Sequence record: PP813861.1
Length of the DNA stretch: 64,000 nucleotides
Reading direction: 5' to 3' (one strand)
The translations under genes and the position numbers were made by a program. The notes beneath the pieces were generated by a model. That model saw only the letters and a list, made by a program, of their open reading frames with translations, was not told where the DNA came from and made no database searches. Positions 13,939-23,897 of this stretch are shown here, piece after piece; the stretch's first letter is position 1, and every line of letters begins with the position of its first letter.

Positions 13939-15453
13939 ATGTTTGAGTTATTGTTGTCTTCTGGACTAACAAATACGCCTATATATTCCGATCCTTATCC
14001 AGGTCCTAAAACACTGATAGCTGGGACAAGGGAATTAGGTTTGTATGGTGAAACAACATCTTCAGAATTATTTGGTTATGATGATGCAGCTAAATTAGTT
14101 AATATGACATTTGGAACAGTAATCAATGATGGACAACCATGGTTAAAGTTCTCTAATAAAAATGTTACTTGTTACATACCAAAGAAACCAGCTCGTAAAT
14201 CAATACAAAAATCACGGCTTAATAATGCCGGACTCCGTAATGGTGACTATGAAGTTAGATTTATGGGGAACATTTATAAATTTGGTTTATTAACAATGGC
14301 TGGTGCCACATCAGAATGGCAAAGGTTACTTTATAATGTTCACGTATCTAATTTAAATGGTGCTAACTGGCCTTATAAATTTACAGATAATGACTTAGGT
14401 ATTAACCAAGCGGTCGCTGGTGGTATTAGCACTGATGGTACTACTAACTGGGGAAGAGACCCAGGTAGTGATCCAGTTAATGACCAGCTCTATCGTGGCT
14501 ACTATGCGATTGATATAACTAGCTCGTCAAGTAGTGAAACGGGTGCTGCAACCCAAGGTTGGCGTCCAGTGGTTTATGCTAGTGGTACATATCCATTCGT
14601 TAAAGATAATGTTATTAAACTTACTGATTTTGAAACTGATAACGAAATGGCAGCAGGTGCCCAAATAGGTAACTTAGTCTATTATTACGGTGGTAAGAAT
14701 AATGCTAATACTGCTCTACGTACACTGAATTTAGTCACGGGTAAGTTAACAACATTACAACCAACTGGTACGCCTATAGCAGTTAAACAATGCTCGGCTG
14801 TTGCATTTAATGGTAAAGTATATTTCTATGGTGGTGAAAGTGCCACAGATGGTGTACTTACTAAAGATATGCAGTGTTATGATCCTGCAACTAATACATG
14901 GGAAATAAAATCACCAGGCACGATAGCTTGCCGGTATGCACGTGGAACTAGTCTTAATGGGTTAATCTACATATTAGGTGCAGCTGATACAACTGCGACA
15001 AATAATCGTGGATTTACATTAATGTACAATCCAACTACAGATACATATACCAGTGGTGCAGCATTTAATGATACTGGGGAATATACCCAAGATTATTCAG
15101 TGAGTATTTATAATAATAGCGTATGCGTTATTGGTGGTACGGTTGGTGCTGGTGTTAATACTGGAATCATATCGTACAATCAAACCAACAATAATTGGTC
15201 CAAACCAATAACTACAGGTATACCTCTTGGTGCAGCTATTAATATACGCCCATCTGGTGAACTTTATGTAATCGCTGGTGAAAATCAAAATAACGCACCA
15301 ATTAAGTATTATGAACCACGATTAGCACGATGGATAAATTTAGGTAATTTAGAAACTGGTTTAGTGGATGCAGGTTTTGCCAATACGTTTAATAATGACG
15401 GTAAGATTTATGTTCTAAACGGTAATCAGAATTTAAAATACCAAATTAGTTAA
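13939..15453 (+). CDS. Kelch beta-propeller virion protein, gp83-like
   Basis: Repeated Kelch blades (VYYYGGK, VYFYGGE...YDPATNTW, IYILG...YNPTTDTY, VCVIGG...YNQTNNNW) after an N-terminal PGPKTLIAG domain. Confidence 0.8.
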   Translation: MFELLLSSGLTNTPIYSDPYPGPKTLIAGTRELGLYGETTSSELFGYDDAAKLVNMTFGTVINDGQPWLKFSNKNVTCYIPKKPARKSIQKSRLNNAGLRNGDYEVRFMGNIYKFGLLTMAGATSEWQRLLYNVHVSNLNGANWPYKFTDNDLGINQAVAGGISTDGTTNWGRDPGSDPVNDQLYRGYYAIDITSSSSSETGAATQGWRPVVYASGTYPFVKDNVIKLTDFETDNEMAAGAQIGNLVYYYGGKNNANTALRTLNLVTGKLTTLQPTGTPIAVKQCSAVAFNGKVYFYGGESATDGVLTKDMQCYDPATNTWEIKSPGTIACRYARGTSLNGLIYILGAADTTATNNRGFTLMYNPTTDTYTSGAAFNDTGEYTQDYSVSIYNNSVCVIGGTVGAGVNTGIISYNQTNNNWSKPITTGIPLGAAINIRPSGELYVIAGENQNNAPIKYYEPRLARWINLGNLETGLVDAGFANTFNNDGKIYVLNGNQNLKYQIS

Positions 15454-15459
15454 CGAAAT

Positions 15460-15488
15460 AAACCCTCCCGTAATGGGAGGGTTTTATG
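15460..15488. terminator. Hairpin between convergent genes
   Basis: AACCCTCCC-GTAAT-GGGAGGGTT followed by TTATG. Confidence 0.75.
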
Positions 15489-15556
15489 ATGTGTCGAAGT
15501 TTATGTTAGCAGTAATGATCAATTGATAATATTTAATTAGGAATACCTTCCATTTT

Positions 15557-15925
15557 TTAATATCCTTCATTAAGTAGTTCTGCTAGAGCACGTGCCTGTG
15601 AAATATCAGTAGAAGCAAAAACATCAGAAAGATAGTTATCATGTTCTTTTGCATTCTGACGCAATTCATCCATTAGATGTTTATTAGATACCGCCCATAC
15701 TTTCCACAGATTTTTATAATCATCATATTTGGGATTATACCCGTCTAGTGGTGGTTTTCCTTTACCAGCTTTCCAATGGTTGGAGTATATGCGATATCCT
15801 TTACAATCTAACTGCCAAGCTTCCTCAATTGTTCTGCCATCAGGAAGCCTTGCGTAAAGAGCCGAGAATCTTTTGTCACCAACAGATGAACATTCATATC
15901 CTCCTCGGCGCTTCCACTGATATAT
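15557..15925 (-). CDS. Unlisted 122-codon ORF with an ATA (non-canonical or mutated) start
   Basis: Open frame (I/M)YQWKRRGGYECSSVGDKRFSALYARLPDGRTIEEAWQLDCKGY...SQARALAELLNEGY*. It fills the gap exactly, and ATA overlaps the gp82 stop as TAATA. Confidence 0.7.
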   Translation of the reverse strand: MYQWKRRGGYECSSVGDKRFSALYARLPDGRTIEEAWQLDCKGYRIYSNHWKAGKGKPPLDGYNPKYDDYKNLWKVWAVSNKHLMDELRQNAKEHDNYLSDVFASTDISQARALAELLNEGY

Positions 15926-17841
15926 TACTTTGGGTTCTTATAGGTATTAATAAACTTCTCTAGCAGGGTGTCCATTTTAGGAGCACCCATGATCTTCTGT
16001 GTGATTTCAATAGCATTAACCCTACCACCTGTTAAGTTTACGCCAACTTCACGGCGATGGTGTTCACTAATTCCTTCCATCATTGAGAATTCCATCACAC
16101 ATGTTTCACGTGCAATATTTAGAATCTGACTAACGTTAGGATATGTCGACACGATGTCAAGGTCGGCGATATGACAGAAGATTAAGGTTTTATAATTCGG
16201 TAAATCTTTAACACACTGCAATCCATTTGGACCTGCCATGTATGATGGTAGTGTAACAATCCAATCATTATGGCCAATAACATATTGATCAAGTTCATGC
16301 ACCATCTGATCTGAACTTGAACCAATGACACATGGCTCTGGTCTATTCAAATACCAGAAGTGCATATCGTCACATAGTCGTTTTGGGTTAGAACTAAAGT
16401 TCTTATAGTCAGATGCCTTAGAGAATAGACTTATAGAGCGACCAAGGTCATTTACTTGTTCATCAAGTTGTTCTAGTCGAATGGAGTCGATGATGTTATA
16501 AAGACCATATTTGATTTTATGCTTAGTCTGCATCTCACGGTGCCAATCGATACCACCAAGATGTGCAGTTTCTTTAAAGGTTAACTTACCAAATTCCATT
16601 ACATATCTAATAGAATCACCATAGGTAAAGTTATCATTTAATATAAAATCATCCACCGGTACCCATTCATTACTACCTACATTTTTAATATATTTAGTAA
16701 TAACGCCGCCTGGTCGGTCAACTAGTTGTTTATTAAAACCTTCAATAAAATCTTCTAAGTCCTTATCATTTTTAATGGTCGTGGATTTATCGATGTTTAG
16801 TTCTTTTCTAAGAATAGACTCTAACCGATAGTTAGGATCACGTCCTTTAGCTAATCGAGTTACTCGATAAGTTGACATAGAATCGATACATTGAAAACTA
16901 GAGGGTGCTGTAATCCAATGCCATTGATCCTCCGGTCCTTTAGATTTAGTGACCCCAGATGCAGTGGTGGTCATAGGTTCATCAATCTTAAAATGGAAAT
17001 ACCTATAATTCTTAGGTACCGATGGATCAGAAAAAACATCAGCTGGATTAACACCATAGTGTTCTAATGTTTTTAAGATTCTACCAATGTCGAAGCTAAT
17101 ATTCCAGAATGCGAAGAAATCTGGTTTCCAGGTATGTAGTCGTTTAAAACATTCAATAATAATATCTACTGGTGTTTCAACAACCATTACTTCAATATCT
17201 AGACCACGTTCTTTAATTAGATGTGATAATACCTCTTCTTTTTGTGCTTGTTCTAATGTCTCTTTCACTGGATCTTCAATATCACTAACCCATCGTTTTA
17301 AATAGGCTAAGAAAGCTTTGTTCTTATGTGTGACTGACATACAGATAATCTGACCATCGTTCTCAGCTTCATAAACGTTGGTTTCGATGTCACCACCAGC
17401 AACAGTGTTTAGAGAGATTAGACCAGGATAACGTTCTTGATAATCATGCTTCAGATAACAGGTTGAACTAACATCACTGCCATATAGGTAAGGACTACGC
17501 GCTAGTTGACGAAGAGATCTAGCCGAATAGTCACCTAGGATTTTACTAATCTTACGTTTCATGTCAATTTGAGTTGACATGTATTTAACTAAGTTACGCT
17601 CATATTCGTAATCTTTCTTTTCTTTATGGTTACGCATTCCTTTTGCGGTAATCCAAAAAGGACGCTGGTAGTTTTCCCACATCCTTAAATTATTTGCAGT
17701 TGTACCATCTTCAAAATGAATTCGTTCTTTAACGAAATGTGCATCTGTAAACTTACCAAATTGATCAGTACAATAAGTAATATGTTTGGCTTCAATGCCC
17801 TTAATCTTTTTCTTATTTGTAACCTGTTGTTCATTAGACAT
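15925..17841 (-). CDS. DNA polymerase exonuclease (RNase H-like/DEDDy) subunit carrying family-B motif A, gp82-like
   Basis: ExoI GGDIET, ExoII FWNISFDIG, ExoIII YNIIDS, then DLDIVSTYP (DxxSxYP). Confidence 0.85.
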   Translation of the reverse strand: MSNEQQVTNKKKIKGIEAKHITYCTDQFGKFTDAHFVKERIHFEDGTTANNLRMWENYQRPFWITAKGMRNHKEKKDYEYERNLVKYMSTQIDMKRKISKILGDYSARSLRQLARSPYLYGSDVSSTCYLKHDYQERYPGLISLNTVAGGDIETNVYEAENDGQIICMSVTHKNKAFLAYLKRWVSDIEDPVKETLEQAQKEEVLSHLIKERGLDIEVMVVETPVDIIIECFKRLHTWKPDFFAFWNISFDIGRILKTLEHYGVNPADVFSDPSVPKNYRYFHFKIDEPMTTTASGVTKSKGPEDQWHWITAPSSFQCIDSMSTYRVTRLAKGRDPNYRLESILRKELNIDKSTTIKNDKDLEDFIEGFNKQLVDRPGGVITKYIKNVGSNEWVPVDDFILNDNFTYGDSIRYVMEFGKLTFKETAHLGGIDWHREMQTKHKIKYGLYNIIDSIRLEQLDEQVNDLGRSISLFSKASDYKNFSSNPKRLCDDMHFWYLNRPEPCVIGSSSDQMVHELDQYVIGHNDWIVTLPSYMAGPNGLQCVKDLPNYKTLIFCHIADLDIVSTYPNVSQILNIARETCVMEFSMMEGISEHHRREVGVNLTGGRVNAIEITQKIMGAPKMDTLLEKFINTYKNPK

Positions 17842-17911
17842 TGCTATAACCTCAGCACATATTGATATTTATCTACGTACTATATTAGTGCCTAGTAAAA
17901 GTAATAATCAG

Positions 17912-17941
17912 CATAAAGCCTCCCCTAGGGGAGGCAATATG
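17912..17941. terminator. Hairpin after the gp81-like gene
   Basis: CATAAA-GCCTCCC-CTAG-GGGAGGC-AATATG. Confidence 0.7.
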
Positions 17942-17942
17942 T

Positions 17943-19364
17943 TTACATACCAGCTTTCTGCCGGAAGAAGTGTAGAACGAGTTGCCGCTTACCTTCAGGG
18001 ATGAAACGTGCAAGATAGTTAATATCTACCTGATAAAGCGCATCTGATACATCACTAGTAAATAGGCAGAATAGAGTAAGAAGATTAATGTGTGCTTCTT
18101 GACGGTTATTCTGAGTAGGTAGAGTAGCAACAAAACGAAGTGCGTTAGATTCACTAAATAGAGTATTACGATTTTTCTTAACGAAATCAAAGATAATATC
18201 CATGCCTGATTTAAAGCCTTCAATATCTTCGATTGTCATTACGTAGTTGAATACATCATCTAGTTTCTTTTGTGCATCGCCACCACGTTCGATAGTGATA
18301 TAGTCACCAGGTTTAGCACCAGTGGCAAACTGCTCTAGACGAGATTCGATAAATACTTGGTTCATTTTGGTCATACCTTTACGAAGTACAGGTTCATTAG
18401 ATGTTGATTCACTATTCAAGATTTTAACTTCCCCGGTTGGTTTAATATCATCTTTACCAGAGAATACTTTCCATTGTTCAACAATAGTTTCAATATCTTG
18501 ACTAGTGGTAGGTAAGAATAAACGATCGCGTAACTCAATAGCAATTTTAAAATCTTTTATCAGATTACTATTTTTAATAAGTCCTTCAGCCCAGTCTTCA
18601 AGCTCTGCTGTCGTCCAATCGGTAGGTGGAGCATTATCACGAATAACACTATTAACCCAACTACCACGTAGTGTTTTTGGTGGAGTAATACCTTGTTTAA
18701 CAAAATCAACCACTTCTTGGGTAGACCAATCTAGTGGAATATCACTAGTGTGAATACGCAGTTGCTTGACTAATTCTTCAAGCTTGATACTGTCTTCAGT
18801 ATTGCGAATATCTTGTTTCAGAGTATCTTCATTAACTACCGGTACAATTACTTCCTCAGTAGTCTCATTCTCTTTAGCCCTTTTAGTTAAAATATCATCA
18901 GCAATATCGGCAATATCATTAACTACACCAGTTAGACGATGGTTAGCAGCATCGATTAGTTCATCATCTGACCATTCATCATAAGGACGATATTTACGGG
19001 TTGGGTCAAATACAAAGCTACCGAGTTCAGTTTTACCTTTAGCAATGCCATCATTGGTAAACCATTCAATGACGTTTTCATCTGTCCATGTTTCAGGAAT
19101 ATCATGGTCAGTACGCAGTGCATTTACATTAACTTTAGCTAATTCTGAGGTATCGTTAACTGTATTAACTGAAGAATTAATATCATCTGCTGTAGCATAT
19201 ACTTCCTCAGGAGATACTAATTCAATATTTGTTAATCCTCGACCAATTTCAGAAGTTGGCTTATCTTCAGTTACTTCTGATAAAACTTCGTCTTTGGCAA
19301 TAGGTTTTTCAGGTAAACGATTGAGTTGAGGAAACTTTCCAAATCGTTGATTCTTTTTAGACAT
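17943..19364 (-). CDS. Hypothetical protein, gp81-like, with an internal tandem ~50-aa repeat
   Basis: 473 aa with two IPxxW[ST]...KTxxG...W[ST]xxEL units. Confidence 0.7.
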   Translation of the reverse strand: MSKKNQRFGKFPQLNRLPEKPIAKDEVLSEVTEDKPTSEIGRGLTNIELVSPEEVYATADDINSSVNTVNDTSELAKVNVNALRTDHDIPETWTDENVIEWFTNDGIAKGKTELGSFVFDPTRKYRPYDEWSDDELIDAANHRLTGVVNDIADIADDILTKRAKENETTEEVIVPVVNEDTLKQDIRNTEDSIKLEELVKQLRIHTSDIPLDWSTQEVVDFVKQGITPPKTLRGSWVNSVIRDNAPPTDWTTAELEDWAEGLIKNSNLIKDFKIAIELRDRLFLPTTSQDIETIVEQWKVFSGKDDIKPTGEVKILNSESTSNEPVLRKGMTKMNQVFIESRLEQFATGAKPGDYITIERGGDAQKKLDDVFNYVMTIEDIEGFKSGMDIIFDFVKKNRNTLFSESNALRFVATLPTQNNRQEAHINLLTLFCLFTSDVSDALYQVDINYLARFIPEGKRQLVLHFFRQKAGM

Positions 19365-19426
19365 TACTAGTTCCTTTCGGGTTATAATCTAAATAATGGA
19401 GAAGCTGAGTAACTTCTCCATCTATT

Positions 19427-20785
19427 TTAACTGATGCGATCGCGATAAGACCATTTAACAGTCTTAAGAACAGCACTGTGCATTTTAGACATGAAGATGG
19501 ATAGGAATCGACCACCAACACCTGCTGCTGCTGCCGGTATGCCATTAGGATTCTCTGACATTTGTTTACCCATACAGACAGCACATACGTTCTTACCTCT
19601 ACCTATTACACCATTAGCTGGATCACCACCGGCCTTACATGTCATTGGACCACGTAGTTCAATCTCAGTGCCAACTAGTTCATCAATATTAGTTTCTTCA
19701 ATAAGGATAGATTTCCCATTCTTAACATAAGACAAGCCAATGAAATCTTTCTTATTAAATTGGTGAACAGTAGTTGGAATACCTATCCATGTATTGCAGT
19801 CTTCCATAATAATCCTGACTGTACCAACCATTCGATAAATCGTTTTAGTTGACTCACCGCCAAGGGCTGTTTGTGCACCACGGTTATATGAACCATAACG
19901 TAATGAGTTATTCATTACTGGCATATGGTCAGTGTCAATGCCTTCTTCCAATGATTTACCGATATATTCAACTGATGTACCATCTTGGAATGGCGCTTCC
20001 CCACCAAACATACCAAATACTTTCTTACGCACGCCACCAAATAATTTACTATGTTTAGTGTCATAGAACTCATAAGAAGGATCGTCTTTTAGATAGTCCT
20101 CATCTAGCTTGATTAATGCATTACCCATTTCTGCAATAACAGCCGGATCATCTAACCGATCTTTATATTTCTCTTCTAGTTCTTTGCGTAACTTATCTCT
20201 GTCTGGTGCAGAGGTCATTGATTTCTCAGTAATGGATGTTACCAAGGTACTAGCATATGCTGGCAATGCTAAACAATGATCTGCAAACATCCGATATTGC
20301 CATACATATAACTTACCATCAGTTGCACGCGGTGGATTATCATCATCAATTGGATCATCGATCATGCGGTTAAGAATTTCTTTCTCAACTTTACCAATAT
20401 CGAAATAACCAGATTGGAATGGGAACAGATCACCAAAAGGTAAACATAATACTAAATGGTTAACAAAAACGTTACCATAAGTTGTTCTTAATGCACCTGG
20501 TCCTTTATAGTTTTCAATTTCACCAGGTTGTAAAATGAATTCATCTCGAAATGCTAATGGTTGTTTACCTTCAATATAATCGTCGATATAAACAACTTCA
20601 TCATTAGAATCGCCTTCTTTATAGAAGAACATTTTACCATCTTTGAAATATGGCTTGTATAGATATTCACCACCATCATTTGGGTTATAAACGATATTAA
20701 ATAAAACGTTAACCCATGCTCGTTTCTTATCTAATCCAGCATTGATACCCATTAGAAAATAATCACGTAATTTCATTAGTATCAC
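19427..20785 (-). CDS. Virion RNA polymerase beta-prime-like subunit (C-terminal part), gp80-like
   Basis: 452 aa; YGSYNRG...TALGGE, EDCNT and the C...VCAVCMG Zn site; FMSKMH trigger-loop-like motif; synteny. Confidence 0.85.
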   Translation of the reverse strand: MILMKLRDYFLMGINAGLDKKRAWVNVLFNIVYNPNDGGEYLYKPYFKDGKMFFYKEGDSNDEVVYIDDYIEGKQPLAFRDEFILQPGEIENYKGPGALRTTYGNVFVNHLVLCLPFGDLFPFQSGYFDIGKVEKEILNRMIDDPIDDDNPPRATDGKLYVWQYRMFADHCLALPAYASTLVTSITEKSMTSAPDRDKLRKELEEKYKDRLDDPAVIAEMGNALIKLDEDYLKDDPSYEFYDTKHSKLFGGVRKKVFGMFGGEAPFQDGTSVEYIGKSLEEGIDTDHMPVMNNSLRYGSYNRGAQTALGGESTKTIYRMVGTVRIIMEDCNTWIGIPTTVHQFNKKDFIGLSYVKNGKSILIEETNIDELVGTEIELRGPMTCKAGGDPANGVIGRGKNVCAVCMGKQMSENPNGIPAAAAGVGGRFLSIFMSKMHSAVLKTVKWSYRDRIS

Positions 20786-21653
20786 CTATGCTATTTAAAA
20801 TCTTTTTAGCTTCATTTTCCATAATAGATCGTTCAATATTGTTAGATGTGAAATCATCTATAATACTCATTACGGTTCTACTAATTTCATTCTGTTCAGT
20901 ATTTGAAATTAATACCAATCCGACAATTTCTTTAGCAACTTCAATAGGCGTCATAGCATCTAATGGGCCAAATGAAATTTGTAATAGGTCATCAATATTC
21001 CTTTTACCAACACGTAATCCTGCATTAACTAGTTCCATAGCTAACTTAAATGATGCCCGCGTATGAATACGAATAAGGCGATTAATTAAATTAATCCGTT
21101 CGACATTACTTACATTGCCATATGCTTGACCACGGGTAGTAAGTACTGACTGAATAAATGATGTAATATTACTAATAAGTGTTGGTGATACACTTTCAAT
21201 TAAGTCAATAATATTTAAGAAATCTACACTTGTATCGATAAGTTCTACCAGATGTGCTAACGTCTCTTCGGGTGAATATTCGGCTAACAGAATATCATTC
21301 ACTTCATCTGGAATAATGTAATCTTCTAAACTAAGGAGTGTATTAACAACAGCTTGCCGTTCAGCCTGAGTTGCTTCATCACTAATTTTAATAAGATGTT
21401 CATTTAGAATTTCATCTTGTGCAATGCGAATGATATCATCAATGCGAGAAAGAAGCATTGCATTATCTGAGATACCTGATTGAATCTGACATACTGTATT
21501 TAGTTCATCTAGAGCTGCAACATAATTGATCTTTTCAAAAGATGCTACACAGTCTAGGATAACTTCTTTACGCTCTTCATGTATAAGAGGCGTAAGATAA
21601 CTATCAATGAAATCTTTCATGACGATATCCTTTTTATACGGAATTATTAACAT
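20763..21653 (-). CDS. Hypothetical (virion-associated) protein, gp79-like; likely start at MKDFID
   Basis: 296 aa helical ORF overlapping the gp80 start. Confidence 0.65.
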   Translation of the reverse strand: MLIIPYKKDIVMKDFIDSYLTPLIHEERKEVILDCVASFEKINYVAALDELNTVCQIQSGISDNAMLLSRIDDIIRIAQDEILNEHLIKISDEATQAERQAVVNTLLSLEDYIIPDEVNDILLAEYSPEETLAHLVELIDTSVDFLNIIDLIESVSPTLISNITSFIQSVLTTRGQAYGNVSNVERINLINRLIRIHTRASFKLAMELVNAGLRVGKRNIDDLLQISFGPLDAMTPIEVAKEIVGLVLISNTEQNEISRTVMSIIDDFTSNNIERSIMENEAKKILNSIGDTNEIT

Positions 21654-21789
21654 AGGGTTGGACAGATAGTTATTCTTTAATATAGTGTAAAATTACCAAA
21701 TGTGTTAAATATATGTTGAACTAATCATTTTTCATTTGTCAATTTATATTGGCAAATATTAAATTAAGCCTCTATCGGAGTATAACAAG

Positions 21790-22284
21790 ATGTCAAATAA
21801 AGCTAAAGAACCAACTCTAACTAAAGAACAGGAAAAGACGCTACGTCTATTTGAACGTGCAGTTGGAGCATCAGCTGCCGCAGCTGATCATATTCTTAAC
21901 CGCGATGGTTGGGATGTTGTCAATGTACTAGCAGGTTCTGTAGGTAAGCGTATTCTACAAACTGAAGTATTCATTAATCCAGTTATTAATAAGATCAATG
22001 AAATTATTCCGACGTTATCTGATCCTACTGGATTCCAAAAGAACCTACAAACAGTTATTGCTGACCTTAATCGACTAACTAAAATTATCAGTGTCCTATA
22101 TGCACAACATCAAGGTAAGGTTGGTCCGGCAAATAATGAAGATGAGCTAAAACTCATCGGTGAGCTTGTTACTAAATATACTGGTATTGAAGGTGCTATT
22201 GAACGCGGTATTGATGGTGTAATCCTAGCGATGATCGGCACTCTTCGAGAAGCTGGTTGGGACGAAAAACTAATTCAACAATAA
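21790..22284 (+). CDS. Hypothetical protein
   Basis: 164 aa, SD-like GGAG upstream, strong phage codon usage. Confidence 0.75.
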   Translation: MSNKAKEPTLTKEQEKTLRLFERAVGASAAAADHILNRDGWDVVNVLAGSVGKRILQTEVFINPVINKINEIIPTLSDPTGFQKNLQTVIADLNRLTKIISVLYAQHQGKVGPANNEDELKLIGELVTKYTGIEGAIERGIDGVILAMIGTLREAGWDEKLIQQ

Positions 22285-22295
22285 TGGAGTTTTAA

Positions 22296-23897
22296 ATGGC
22301 TACTGCTGACTTCGATAATGAGTACGATGATACTCCAGAAGAGAATCTACTAGATCAAATTGATGAGATCAATGCGCAACACGATCCTGACTCTAGTATT
22401 GAAAATAATGACGAGGTGGAAACTCCACCTTTCGTTCCTGATCAAAAAGAAATTAAACTACGTATTCCACGTAATGCTAAAACTGGAAATATTCGGGATG
22501 CTTCTGAACCGGCTATTAAAGACAGTGCTAGCATTCTTACTTTGCTACGTGAGAACCCCCAGACTGTTTATGATTTCCTGGATCACAATAAAGAACTATT
22601 TAAAGCATTTGCTGATAATAAAGTAGATGACACTAGTGATGGTGTAAAGTGGACAGCTGCTATTCTGGAGGGCTTAGCTCACTCTATTGTTGAAGATTCG
22701 CCAATTGGTGCAACTGCCCGAGAAGGCTCTGAATGGTCTAGTGAAATTCCTTATGGTGAAAAGATCATTCGACCTGGACGACCTGTATTTAATACCAGTG
22801 GTCGTAAAATGACCGATGATGAAACTCTAGTTTTCCTAACACGTAAAGCTAACATCGGTACGCCATATGATACTTTCCTACCTCATTCAGGTATTTGGGT
22901 AAAACTACGTGCACCTACTGGTACTGAAGTAGCTGCCCTACAAGCACGTCTAGCACAATTAAAGATCCGGCTAGGCGCTGAATCAAAAGGTATGCTGTTC
23001 TCAAACATGGCAGCTGTGTTACTTAACATGGTTAGTAGTTTAGCACTTGCATGTGTTATTCAATCCAACTATAAGTTCAACACCCCAACTGATCTAGAGC
23101 ATGTTATCTCAGTAGCTGATGAGCCGTTCTTGCATCACGCACTAGCGGCGACTATGTATCCAGATGGATTTAATTATAGTTATCCATGCATTGCAGATGC
23201 CAATACATGTAACCATATTGAAACAGCGAAACTTAATATGTCAACGCTTGTTCAATATGATCTACTGGCATTCTCAGAAGAACAAAAGAAATATATTGCA
23301 CGTAAGTTTAATGCATGTACTGAATCTGATCTTAAGACTTATAAAGAAGGATTCCGTATTGAAACTCAAGTAACTGAAATGTTTGGTGACGTTGGTGTTG
23401 TTCTTGAGATGTGTACAATTGCTGATCGCCGAGAGTCTGGTGATAGTTGGATTAACTCAATTATCGATATGACTCAAGGTAGTTTTAATGAACCAGTCGA
23501 TGGTCCGCAACGTTCTCAGTATATTGCACGTTTACAAAAGATCTCTATTGCCCGTCAGTTCTCACATTTTGTTAAAGAAATTAAAGTACGTGAAGATGAC
23601 GATGGTGAAAGTTCTGAGGATAATATCCGCACTGCAACTACTAACCGTGAAACTATTGAAAAGTTCTTAACTAATATTCTATCCACACCGGAATATAATG
23701 ACCGCTTTATTAATGCGGTAAGTAACTTTATTGATTCACAACTAATTGGCATGATTGCAATTACAAGTTGGAATTGCCCAGTATGTGAGTCACCTGCCGC
23801 TACTAAATTTAAAGAACGTTTCCCACACCTAATCCCTATTGACATGCTGTCAACTTTTTTTACTTTGGCGGCCTCGAAGTCAAACCGGATGGTGTAG
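22296..23897 (+). CDS. gp77-like protein; putative baseplate-hub/tail assembly chaperone
   Basis: 533 aa; LPHSGIWVKLRAP and WNCPVC recall T4 gp26/gp51-type proteins (recalled resemblance); ends 12 codons after a T7 slippery run. Confidence 0.6.
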   Translation: MATADFDNEYDDTPEENLLDQIDEINAQHDPDSSIENNDEVETPPFVPDQKEIKLRIPRNAKTGNIRDASEPAIKDSASILTLLRENPQTVYDFLDHNKELFKAFADNKVDDTSDGVKWTAAILEGLAHSIVEDSPIGATAREGSEWSSEIPYGEKIIRPGRPVFNTSGRKMTDDETLVFLTRKANIGTPYDTFLPHSGIWVKLRAPTGTEVAALQARLAQLKIRLGAESKGMLFSNMAAVLLNMVSSLALACVIQSNYKFNTPTDLEHVISVADEPFLHHALAATMYPDGFNYSYPCIADANTCNHIETAKLNMSTLVQYDLLAFSEEQKKYIARKFNACTESDLKTYKEGFRIETQVTEMFGDVGVVLEMCTIADRRESGDSWINSIIDMTQGSFNEPVDGPQRSQYIARLQKISIARQFSHFVKEIKVREDDDGESSEDNIRTATTNRETIEKFLTNILSTPEYNDRFINAVSNFIDSQLIGMIAITSWNCPVCESPAATKFKERFPHLIPIDMLSTFFTLAASKSNRMV

